From: Myxococcota bacterium
Lineage (GTDB): Bacteria > Myxococcota_A > SURF-8
Direction of reading: 5' to 3'
DNA length: 64,000 nucleotides
NCBI GenBank assembly: GCA_963674735.2
Contig: CAXXQS010000001.1
Location: 1,760,001 to 1,824,000 of the forward strand
Shown here: positions 18,683 to 28,758 of the stretch, one piece after another
Position numbering within the stretch: position 1 is the first letter of the stretch
How the letters are laid out: each line of letters begins with the position of its first letter
The notes under the pieces: generated by a model
Told to the model about the DNA's origin: nothing
The model's database searches: none
The model's input: the letters and a program-made list of their open reading frames with translations, nothing else
Position numbers and translations under genes: made by a program

Positions 18683-19103
18683 TGGACATTCGAACGTGCG
18701 GGATACCAGCCTCCAGAAATGGCAATCCCTCTTCGACAAACCCCAACGTAAGATAAAAAATCCGGGCGGACGCTTGAGAATCCAGCACAATGCGGGAAAA
18801 CCCCTCTCGACGGGCATCGGCCAGTAACTTTTTTACGATCTGACGTCCCACCCCCTGACGACGAAACTCGGGTAGGACCGCCATTCTCTGCAGCTTCACT
18901 TCCCGCCCTTGCGGCAGCAATCGGACGGCTCCAGCCGGAATACCGTCAACCCATGCCAGATAATGAATCGCCTCAGCATCGTACCCATCCTGCTCCAATT
19001 CTTCGGGAATTACCTGTTCTTCAACAAACACCTTCCGGCGAATAGCCAGAGCCTGTTCAATTTCAACCGCCGTTTGGCAACGCCCAACTTGATATTCTTC
19101 CAT
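18663..19103 (-). CDS. GNAT N-acetyltransferase (YjcF/ElaA-like)
   Basis: IRRKVFVEEQ, RMAVLPEFRRQGVG acetyl-CoA motif, FYLTLGF, FLEAGIPH. Confidence 0.9.
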   Translation of the reverse strand: MEEYQVGRCQTAVEIEQALAIRRKVFVEEQVIPEELEQDGYDAEAIHYLAWVDGIPAGAVRLLPQGREVKLQRMAVLPEFRRQGVGRQIVKKLLADARREGFSRIVLDSQASARIFYLTLGFVEEGLPFLEAGIPHVRMSITLDDI

Positions 19104-19268
19104 TCACAGTCTCCTCATGTAACGGCGAGTTCCCCAAAAGTGTGCTATTCTATCATGTGTGAATCATGATCGCTACCCCCCCCGATTTTGATTATCCGAC
19201 TCTTTCCGTACCCCAAACGACAGACGGGACGGATCAAGCAAGTCACGTACTCAGATTCATTTTTGTGC

Positions 19269-19308
19269 TTGACTTTCCAGTGGCTTGGGATAGAGTGAGT
19301 ACTCACTC
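19269..19308 (+). promoter_or_regulatory. Sigma70-like promoter with overlapping palindromic operator
   Basis: TTGACT (19269)-N16-TAGAGT (19291); perfect 16-bp palindrome GAGTGAGTACTCACTC at 19293-19308. Confidence 0.7.
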
Positions 19309-19385
19309 GCTCAGGCGCAGCGTCTTCAGATCACCCACAAACAGCGCCTTGGGACTTTCTTTTCCCTTTCGCTTTGGAGGCGTAA

Positions 19386-20495
19386 ATGAGCAAGTTTTTT
19401 CTACTAGGCGGTTGTGCAAAGATGGCTATTCCCGCATTGCGTGAATTGGCCGCCGATCCCACTGTAGAAGCTGTGACACTGGCGGACATTAATGCCGACG
19501 CTGCCCGACAAACGGCCGAAAAGACCGGAACCAAATTCACCGGAATCGGTGTCGATGCCCTGGACCACGACACGCTGGTCACAGCTCTTCGCGGTCATGA
19601 TGTTGCGATGGGATACGTCGGTCCCTTCTACTTGTTCGAAGAAAAAGTTGCCCGAGCCTGCATCGACGCAGGCGTTCATTATGTCTCGATTTCCGACGAT
19701 TTCGACGCCTATCTGGCCGTGGAGCCCTTGCATGAAGATGCTCGAAAAGCCGGAGTCACCGTCATCACAGGGCTAGGGAACTCACCCGGGCTGACGAACA
19801 TCCTCGCCAAAAAGGGCTATTTGTCGATGGACACGCCCGAGCGAATCAACGTCTCCTGGACAGGCGGATCGGACGAAGAAGTCGGCCCCGCCAACATCAA
19901 GCACGTCATGCACATTTTCGAGGGTGAAACCCTGCAATGGATGGACGGTCAGGAAGTGCGTGTCCGCACGGGCCACGGGGAAAAAGTTGTTGAATTTCCC
20001 TCACCTATCGGTATTCAAACGGTCTTCTATACGGGTCACGCCGAATCGGTCTCGATTCCGCGAAACCTGAAAGGGCTGAAGGAAGTCACCTTGCATGGCG
20101 GCGTGCGCCCTGTCTGGGCCGCGCGTTTGGCGACTGCCTTCGGCAGTCTCGGCATAACCACCAGCCACAAAAAACGGGAAATGCTGGCCAAACTACTGAC
20201 CCCCGCTTTGGGGCTATTCACCTTGGGCGGCACCGCCGACAAATCGGTATTTCGCATCGATGTTTACGGCAACCATGAAGGTCAACCGCGACACCACTTC
20301 TATACTGGAGTTGGGCACATCGCCGAAATAACCTCCATGCCCTGCGTAGAGGGCGCAATCATGGTCGCAAATCGTGAAATCATCGAACCGGGAGTTTTTG
20401 CTGCCGAGGCGATTCTCGATCCCGATGTTTTTCTACCGCGCATGGCCAAGCGCGGTGTCACGCTTACATATTACGAGGGAGTGCGCCAAGCATGA
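19386..20495 (+). CDS. Saccharopine dehydrogenase-family oxidoreductase
   Basis: Rossmann N-terminus, VGPFY, ACIDAGVHYVSISDD, GLGNSPGLTN, GHAE, PGVFAAE. Confidence 0.85.
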   Translation: MSKFFLLGGCAKMAIPALRELAADPTVEAVTLADINADAARQTAEKTGTKFTGIGVDALDHDTLVTALRGHDVAMGYVGPFYLFEEKVARACIDAGVHYVSISDDFDAYLAVEPLHEDARKAGVTVITGLGNSPGLTNILAKKGYLSMDTPERINVSWTGGSDEEVGPANIKHVMHIFEGETLQWMDGQEVRVRTGHGEKVVEFPSPIGIQTVFYTGHAESVSIPRNLKGLKEVTLHGGVRPVWAARLATAFGSLGITTSHKKREMLAKLLTPALGLFTLGGTADKSVFRIDVYGNHEGQPRHHFYTGVGHIAEITSMPCVEGAIMVANREIIEPGVFAAEAILDPDVFLPRMAKRGVTLTYYEGVRQA

Positions 20496-21178
20496 TTCGT
20501 TCCGGTCTTCATCACATCCCCGCTCAGAAACGCGACCGCCTGATCAAGGCTGCCAGCAAGGAATTCGCCGTCAATGGTTTCCACAAGGCAAACGTCAACA
20601 TCATCGCCATGCAAGCGGGTATTTCCGTCGGCTCGATATACAATTACTTCGACAGCAAAGAGGATCTTTACGCCGCCACCTTTCAGTATGGTTACGGACT
20701 ACTTTCGTCCTGCTTTGAGGAAGCTCTGGCACTTAAAAGTACGCTTCCGGAACGTTTGCGGACTTTATTTGTCGAATCCTGCCGTATGGCCCGGCGACAT
20801 CCCTACTTCATGCAATTGTATCTGAATCTGGCTTCGGGTGGAGTTGATCAACTGACCAAAAAACATTCGGAAGCCGTCGAAAAAGCCGGTTCTGCGGCTT
20901 ATGCCGTGTTTTTCCAGCAAGCTCGCGAAAACGGCGAACTTGGGCCGAATTTCGACCCCGTCACGGCTTCATTCGTGATCGACAACAACTTATTTTGTCT
21001 GGCCGCTTCTTTTGGGAGTACACTGTTCCGGATCCGACAACGCGAATATCTGGGCCAGAGCGGGCGTCTGAACGATGCCGAGATCGAACAGATCGTCGAT
21101 AAGGTGCTGGACCAGCTTTTTACCGGTCTCGATGTGATCAAGGTGGGACAACTCGCCCATCCGACATCTAACGATTGA
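20492..21178 (+). CDS. TetR/AcrR family transcriptional regulator
   Basis: HTH IAMQAGISVGSIYNYFDSKEDLY; ATGA overlap with upstream gene. Confidence 0.92.
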   Translation: MIRSGLHHIPAQKRDRLIKAASKEFAVNGFHKANVNIIAMQAGISVGSIYNYFDSKEDLYAATFQYGYGLLSSCFEEALALKSTLPERLRTLFVESCRMARRHPYFMQLYLNLASGGVDQLTKKHSEAVEKAGSAAYAVFFQQARENGELGPNFDPVTASFVIDNNLFCLAASFGSTLFRIRQREYLGQSGRLNDAEIEQIVDKVLDQLFTGLDVIKVGQLAHPTSND

Positions 21179-21199
21179 TAAATGGACAGAGGTGAAACC

Positions 21200-21961
21200 A
21201 TGGACAAGGAATTGATTAAAGCCAACCTTCATCTGCATGCGGTTCTGCCGCGTCTTGAAGAATTGCTTCGCCTGGACGATGAAGCCAAAACGGTGGCTAA
21301 AGACATGAACGTCACCATTCGATTTGTCGTAAAGGGCGGACCTACCGTTCAGATCGTCTTCAAAAACGGTGTAGCCAAAGCTAACTTGAAGCCGGTCGGA
21401 AAAAACAACATCGGATTGCTTTTCCTATCCTGCGAGCAACTCAATCGCATGTTCAATGGTGAGAAGGTAATCCCGATCCCCTACAAAGGTATCCACCGGA
21501 TCAAGGATCTCAAGGCTTTTACGCGTCTCACCGAATTGCTGACGAAATACCTCAAGCCGACGGACGCCGACATGACCGACCCGTCTTTCAAGAAAAAAGC
21601 TGTCGAGATGTCGCTTATGACAGGGCTTAATGGCGCGCGCGTCATAGCCGAATTCGACACCAAGATGAAAAAAGTCGCCGACAAGTTGCCCAGCGGAACG
21701 ATTGAATACAATATTCTGCCGGACGGTCCCCAGGCACATGTCATTGTCGAACGCGGACATATTTCCGCTTATAACGGCCCCATCAACAGCCCGACCGGAA
21801 CGCTCGAAATCAATGGCGTCGATCTCGCAGCCGATCTATTCGCCAACAAGGTCGATAGTTTTGCCGTGCTGGGTGCGGGAGATTTACGCGCCAGCGGACT
21901 TCTGCCTCTCATCGACGAATTCAGCGCGCTCAGCGACCGCGTCGCGCTTTATCTGAACTAA
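21200..21961 (+). CDS. Hypothetical protein with two probable SCP2-like domains
   Basis: Two similar halves (IRFVVKGGPTVQIVFKNG / IEYNILPDGPQAHVIVERG) and C-terminal GDLRASG, resembling the SCP2 G.l.i.G motif. Confidence 0.55.
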   Translation: MDKELIKANLHLHAVLPRLEELLRLDDEAKTVAKDMNVTIRFVVKGGPTVQIVFKNGVAKANLKPVGKNNIGLLFLSCEQLNRMFNGEKVIPIPYKGIHRIKDLKAFTRLTELLTKYLKPTDADMTDPSFKKKAVEMSLMTGLNGARVIAEFDTKMKKVADKLPSGTIEYNILPDGPQAHVIVERGHISAYNGPINSPTGTLEINGVDLAADLFANKVDSFAVLGAGDLRASGLLPLIDEFSALSDRVALYLN

Positions 21962-21984
21962 GTGTTAACGCCAAGGAGGACACA

Positions 21985-23223
21985 ATGACCCTCTATTCAT
22001 TCGATAATTCAAATGACATGTTTCAACGCGCGGCGAAAGTGATCCCGAGTGGGATTTCGGGTAACAAGAACCCGGCCTTCGCCGTTCCGGGAGCCTTCCC
22101 GTACTTCTGCGAACGGGGTGAAGGCTGCCGCTATTGGGATGTCGACGGCAACGAGTACATCGATTACCTAGCCGGTTACGGCCCCATCGTTCTCGGTTAC
22201 AATCACCCGGAGGTTGAGGAAGCCGCCAATGCGCAACGTGAGCAAGGCTACACCTTCAACCACCCCACCCCCCGTTCGGTCGAATTGGCCGAGCGCATGG
22301 TGAATCTGGTCAATTTCGCCGACTGGGCCGTGTTCGCCCGTAACGGCTCCGATGTCACCACCTACGCCATGCTGGTAGCGCGCGAGCACACCCAGCGCCG
22401 AAAAGTCATTATCGCCAAAGGAGCCTACCACGGTTCTCATGCCTGGTGCACTCCCGGTCATGGCGGTCTGATCGAAGAGGATACGAAACAGGTTCTAACG
22501 TTCAAGTGGAACGACATCGACGAGCTGTACGATCTGGTACGCAAGAACGACGGCGATGTGGCGGCCATCATGCTAACCCCATATCATCATCCCGCCTTTG
22601 CGAATCAGGAAATGCCCGCCCCCGGATTTTGGCAAGATGTCCGTCGGCTCTGCGACGACAACGGGATCGTTCTCATCCTCGATGACGTGCGCGCCGGTTT
22701 CCGTTTGCACGCGCGTGGATCGCACGAGTATTTCGATTTCCAACCCGATATGTCCTGCTATTGCAAAGCCATTGCCAACGGTTATTGCGTCAGTTCCGCC
22801 GTCGGTCGTGGCGAGTTCAAGAACGCCGCTTCGCGCGTGTTTTTCACGGGCACGTTTTACACCAGTGCCGTTGAAATCGCGGCGGCGCTTAAAACCATCG
22901 ACATTCTCGAGCAAACCAACGCCGTCGAAAAAATGATGAAAAGTGGAACAATGCTTCAGGAAGGTCTCAAACAGCGAGCCGAGAAGCACGGACTACAGGT
23001 CACAATTACCGGTCCGCCGACCATCCCCTACATGACCTTTGCCAACGAAACCAACTTCCGCCGCATGCAACTCTTCTCCGGAGAAGCGGCCAAGCGGGGC
23101 GCAATTTTGCATCCGCACCACAACTGGTTTATCATGGCCGCCCACGAAGAAGCCGATATCCAGAAAACACTGGATATCTGTGACGAGGCTTTCGCCGTCG
23201 TAAAAGAGAACTTCGGAAGCTAA
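21985..23223 (+). CDS. Class III PLP aminotransferase (GSA aminomutase-like)
   Basis: WDVDGNEYIDY..GYGP..LG, NGSD, YHG, LILDDVRAGFR, PLP lysine in CKAIANG, TGTF. Confidence 0.88.
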   Translation: MTLYSFDNSNDMFQRAAKVIPSGISGNKNPAFAVPGAFPYFCERGEGCRYWDVDGNEYIDYLAGYGPIVLGYNHPEVEEAANAQREQGYTFNHPTPRSVELAERMVNLVNFADWAVFARNGSDVTTYAMLVAREHTQRRKVIIAKGAYHGSHAWCTPGHGGLIEEDTKQVLTFKWNDIDELYDLVRKNDGDVAAIMLTPYHHPAFANQEMPAPGFWQDVRRLCDDNGIVLILDDVRAGFRLHARGSHEYFDFQPDMSCYCKAIANGYCVSSAVGRGEFKNAASRVFFTGTFYTSAVEIAAALKTIDILEQTNAVEKMMKSGTMLQEGLKQRAEKHGLQVTITGPPTIPYMTFANETNFRRMQLFSGEAAKRGAILHPHHNWFIMAAHEEADIQKTLDICDEAFAVVKENFGS

Positions 23224-23237
23224 TCCCGTGAACCGAC

Positions 23238-23267
23238 ACCCGGACGGTCACAAGCCGTCCGGGTTTT
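23238..23267 (+). terminator. Rho-independent terminator
   Basis: Stem ACCCGGACGG / CCGTCCGGGT followed by TTT. Confidence 0.75.
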
Positions 23268-23282
23268 ACTTTAAGCGAGATC

Positions 23283-23918
23283 ATGCAACCCTTTAGCGCC
23301 CGCGCCGTCATCTTCGATCTCGATGGGACTCTGACACCCGTTACCAGCCCCTGGCGGCTTGTTCATGAGGCATTCGGCGTCTGGGATCAAGCTCGTGCCT
23401 ATCACGATAGTTTTTTTGCCGGAGAGATCGACTACCCAACATGGGCCGATCTTGATGCGGCCCTATGGACCGGGCACTCGCTTAAAGAAATCACCGACGT
23501 ACTCGATCGGATCGAACCGACTCCCCCCGCGATCGATATACTTCAGGAAACGGCCGAACACTCCCTTTCCGATGGGACTCCGCTGCCGATCCTGATTCTC
23601 TCAAGTGGGTTTGATGGTGTGGCTCGACGGGTTCTAAACCGAGCCGGGTTGCTCAACGGACGCATCCAGGTCATCGCCAACGGCATCGAGGAACGAGAGG
23701 GGCACCCGGTAGGAGTTACGCGGGTTTCACTAAACGATCCCGAGCGGGGAAAACGAGCGCACCTGATGCGTTTTCTGGGCGACCACAAGGTATTCCCGTC
23801 CGAAGCCATCGCAGTGGATGATCGTGCCGAAGATCGTGATCTATTCCACGATTTCGGAGCGTTTCTACATGTGACCACCCCCGACGATCTTTATCGATTG
23901 CGCGACTACCTACGCTGA
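23283..23918 (+). CDS. HAD-superfamily phosphatase (SerB-like)
   Basis: Motif I FDLDGTL, motif II LSSG, motif III GK, motif IV AVDD...D. Confidence 0.8.
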   Translation: MQPFSARAVIFDLDGTLTPVTSPWRLVHEAFGVWDQARAYHDSFFAGEIDYPTWADLDAALWTGHSLKEITDVLDRIEPTPPAIDILQETAEHSLSDGTPLPILILSSGFDGVARRVLNRAGLLNGRIQVIANGIEEREGHPVGVTRVSLNDPERGKRAHLMRFLGDHKVFPSEAIAVDDRAEDRDLFHDFGAFLHVTTPDDLYRLRDYLR

Positions 23919-23924
23919 ATTCGG

Positions 23925-26894
23925 CTAGATATCACCTGTTTCTTCCATCTCCGGTTTAATGGCGACGGCCGTATGCTGGCGGCCATCGATACGGACCGTT
24001 GTCGGACGATCCAGGCGAACGTGGCGCAGATAAGTTGTTTCTTCCACGATGGAGCGACTGTCGAGCCAATCCCAATCGATGTGCGCGTGGTGGCGTTTGT
24101 TGGGGACCGTCAAGTAGCCGATTCCCAATGATGTGATGTTCTGGAAAAAGTGGGTTCCGTTGGAAGGATCCACCTGAAAATCAGGTCGGGAAGCTTCGAT
24201 AATCACTCGCGCTCCAGCAATCTGAGCCCAATCCACACCAATTCCGAGCCAGGGATCGGTGGAACCCCAGCGACCGAAACCGACTAGAATATAACCGCGT
24301 TTTTCGGCTTTTAACTTATCGTTCATGCGCCCGACTTCATCCGCAATTTGCCGAGTCATGGCACGATCGAACGTCTCGGGTTTGACATAGACAATATCGG
24401 TCAGGTCGCGATGAACACCGTTTCCAAGCCCCAACTCGGTGTGACACCAGGATCGGTTGCAATCTTCTTCCGTCACCGCAACCTGCTCATTTTCACCCTT
24501 GGCAATCAGGGGGCGAATCTGTAACAGCTTCAGTTCGGGGCGTTTGGGGGCCGGCCATAGATTGACTGCGAATTCCATCTCGATCGGACAGCCCATCGCC
24601 TCTTCGAAAGTCTGGAACAGATCTTTAAGAATCTTCGCCAGAGGAAATTCATGATATTTAAGAATGCCCGCAAAGGTCACCACACGCGGTCCATCGTAGG
24701 ATAAACTGTCCCGAATGACATGATCGGCCGGAAGGTATACCGAGCCCAAAGACCCGAGTTCACCATGCGCCTCCGCATCGGACAACTCAAGCAGCTTCAA
24801 ATTGGCATCCGGACTCCCCTCTTCCAGATGCGGCTGATCCATTCTCAGGGCATAGAACTGTTTCTGGCTGGCCGAGAGCCAGGAATCAGGCGACGAGAAC
24901 TGCGGTAAAATCCCCGGATAAGCCGGAGAAAAACGCAACGCCGATCCACCATCTACAACCATCTTACCTAACCCCAAAGCCAGATGCGCCACACCATCCT
25001 CGGCTTTCATGACTCCGAAAGGATAGAAGTTCACCGACTGCCCCACCCCTGAAAACGTCGGGTAGTAATAGCTGCCATGGCGTTTTCCCACCACTTCCTG
25101 AATCACTACCGCCATCTTTTCCTCTTCCAGACGATGGCTGGTCGCGGCAAAATAAGCGCGGGGGTTGCGTCCGAATGTCGAAGCCCACACCAGTTTGATT
25201 GCCATCAACAACTGGTTCAGCCGCTCTTTACGCGACGGTGCGGTATTGGGCAGCATATAAGTGTTGTAAAGTCCGGCGAAAGGCTGAAGATGCGAATCCT
25301 CCAACAGGCTGGAACTACGCACCGCGATGGGAGTTTTAATGCGTCTCAGGTAAAAACGAAGATTATCAACGAGTTGGGGTTGAACGCGTCCCTCAATAAA
25401 GCGCCGACGAATCGCACCTTCATCCTCACTCTCGATAGCGTAGTGACGCAAGTCGTTTGCGTCCAAGAAGGTATCGAATTCACCCGCCCCGATGACCAAA
25501 GTCCGCGGCACGGCAATATCGACTTCCGGGAAATCTTCGGAAAAATGTTGGCGCTTAGCCAAATATCGGATAAAGGCAATTCCACGCCCTTTACCTCCCA
25601 ACGATCCTTGACCTAAGTGTAGGAAATTACTTGCCTGATAGGGACGCTTCATTGAAAAATGCGCCACGACATCCGTCTCTTTATCGGCCAATACCGCCGA
25701 GATGGTTTCTATGACATAGCGCCGAACGTCTTCGTGGCTGGGGAACTCCGTCACCCGCCGGGGGCGTAAATGTTCCGCCATGGTCACTTCCGTGCGTGCC
25801 ATCAGCCAATTGGAAATGTGATTATGTTCGGCATGCCAGATAACGGATTCAACCGGGACATGAGCCAGGCGGTGGACAAACTCATAGACATCGCCCGCAC
25901 GCCCCACCTCGCGCCCGTCGGACATACGGAATACAAAATCGCCGAAACCCATGCGCTCTTTGAGAAAGCGACGCAGGTCGGTCAACAAATGCGGAGATCC
26001 CTTGTCGAGAAACTCGGCACCGATCTGATGAGCGCGCCAGCGATTTTCTTCCGGCTCGGCAGACTGCAAAACAACAGGAATATCCGGTGTTTCACCCTTT
26101 ATGTTGCGAATAAAATCATACCCGGCATCTTTGTCGTGAATACCGTTACGCCAAAAACGAACATCACTGATCACCCCCAGAATGTTCTTGCGATAACGCT
26201 CGTAAAGCGCCATACCCTCTTCGTACGTCTCGGCCAAAAGAATTTTAGCCCGTGAGCGCATGCGCAACTGTTTGTGCAAGTCATTGAACCCATCATCGAT
26301 CAAACGGCGGGTGAGATCCATCACCACGGCATACATATTGGGCAGAAAAGCCGAATAATGAACGATCGAATCTTCCAGAAGCAGAATTGCGCGAACCTGG
26401 CCGTGGCTGATGTCGTGATCGAGATTGCGACGATCTTCCACCAATTTGATAATCGCAAGCAGGATTTGCGTGTCATTGTTCCACAGAAAAATGTGGTCAA
26501 CACTTTTCGGTCGTTTGATCACCGGAAGATCGGCCACATCATAAGGGTCGGACGCCAGTAATACGACCGGCAGGCCGGGATTGATCTTTTTGACGCGGTC
26601 GGCAAATTCGAAAGGATCGTTATCCGACAGGCGAATCATCACCAGCACCAGATCGACGCCGCCTTCCTCGATGGCCATGAGCGCCCTCTCGACGCTGCTG
26701 ACACGCCGAACATGCGGAGGATCCGTGAGCCGCAATCCGACATACTGGCTCCAGATCTGTTCGGTCAGGCTGCCATCCTCTTCGAGAATGAACGCATCAT
26801 AGAGGTTGGAAACAAACAGGATTTCATGGATGCGGTTCGGCATCAACGAGCGGTATCCACCAAACTTCGGGGTATATTCATCAGCGGCTTTCAT
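23925..26894 (-). CDS. PEP/pyruvate-binding (PPDK_N) domain protein with N-terminal receiver-like domains
   Basis: GSLGGKGRG, AVRSSSLLEDS, FAGLY, MAVVIQEVVG, GLGK, LLQIRP; receiver-like ILLLEDS and VISDV; no His-phosphocarrier motif seen. Confidence 0.85.
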   Translation of the reverse strand: MKAADEYTPKFGGYRSLMPNRIHEILFVSNLYDAFILEEDGSLTEQIWSQYVGLRLTDPPHVRRVSSVERALMAIEEGGVDLVLVMIRLSDNDPFEFADRVKKINPGLPVVLLASDPYDVADLPVIKRPKSVDHIFLWNNDTQILLAIIKLVEDRRNLDHDISHGQVRAILLLEDSIVHYSAFLPNMYAVVMDLTRRLIDDGFNDLHKQLRMRSRAKILLAETYEEGMALYERYRKNILGVISDVRFWRNGIHDKDAGYDFIRNIKGETPDIPVVLQSAEPEENRWRAHQIGAEFLDKGSPHLLTDLRRFLKERMGFGDFVFRMSDGREVGRAGDVYEFVHRLAHVPVESVIWHAEHNHISNWLMARTEVTMAEHLRPRRVTEFPSHEDVRRYVIETISAVLADKETDVVAHFSMKRPYQASNFLHLGQGSLGGKGRGIAFIRYLAKRQHFSEDFPEVDIAVPRTLVIGAGEFDTFLDANDLRHYAIESEDEGAIRRRFIEGRVQPQLVDNLRFYLRRIKTPIAVRSSSLLEDSHLQPFAGLYNTYMLPNTAPSRKERLNQLLMAIKLVWASTFGRNPRAYFAATSHRLEEEKMAVVIQEVVGKRHGSYYYPTFSGVGQSVNFYPFGVMKAEDGVAHLALGLGKMVVDGGSALRFSPAYPGILPQFSSPDSWLSASQKQFYALRMDQPHLEEGSPDANLKLLELSDAEAHGELGSLGSVYLPADHVIRDSLSYDGPRVVTFAGILKYHEFPLAKILKDLFQTFEEAMGCPIEMEFAVNLWPAPKRPELKLLQIRPLIAKGENEQVAVTEEDCNRSWCHTELGLGNGVHRDLTDIVYVKPETFDRAMTRQIADEVGRMNDKLKAEKRGYILVGFGRWGSTDPWLGIGVDWAQIAGARVIIEASRPDFQVDPSNGTHFFQNITSLGIGYLTVPNKRHHAHIDWDWLDSRSIVEETTYLRHVRLDRPTTVRIDGRQHTAVAIKPEMEETGDI

Positions 26895-26963
26895 CGAGCC
26901 TTCCTTCGCCTCCACGTTAAATTGTCAAGATATGTTCACGTCGCTATAGTGCCATAAACCAAC

Positions 26964-26994
26964 AAAAAACGCCCCCCTATTTACGAGGGGGGCG
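26964..26994 (-). terminator. Rho-independent terminator of gdhA
   Basis: Stem CGCCCCCCT / AGGGGGGCG; T6 follows on the minus strand. Confidence 0.8.
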
Positions 26995-27016
26995 CAAATA
27001 TCAAAGTGGAAATCGA

Positions 27017-28369
<1,353 letters not shown>

Positions 28370-28515
28370 CTAAAACAGGGTTTGTTATGATATTTGCTCC
28401 TGAAACGGTGGAGCACCAAGGTTGGACTAACATTTTGGATCATGGTGGCAGTCCCAATCTCCTTCTTTCGCCGATGTTAAAAACCCCTTCAAAGGGAGCG
28501 GCGAATTGCGGTCTG

Positions 28516-28544
28516 CTTATAACGCTCAATATGCAGGGAGTCAA
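28516..28544 (-). promoter_or_regulatory. Sigma70-like promoter of gdhA
   Basis: TTGACT-N17-TATAAG on the minus strand. Confidence 0.6.
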
Positions 28545-28758
28545 CGAAATTCACAACTTTTTTACTGCATTTTCCACAGACCGCGAAGAAGGTGAAATCC
28601 ACCTCCAAATCACCTCTTGCGAGCTTGATATCACAGGGAAAAAACAGAGGAATCACACCGCTACCTTATTTGTTGTATAAGGCAACTGTTGAACTCCACC
28701 GCAAACTAGAGTATAAGAAACTATTTTAAAGGGTTTCTCCAATCAGGCGAGGTTGTCT

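Noticed and set aside
21985-23223. Calling the aminotransferase hemL
   Set aside because: Lacks HemL-specific motifs (GGVNSPVR, DEVMTGFR, GKIIGGG) and has no heme-gene context.
23925-26894. Calling it ppsA (PEP synthase)
   Set aside because: No phospho-His domain or C-terminal PEP-utilising barrel visible.
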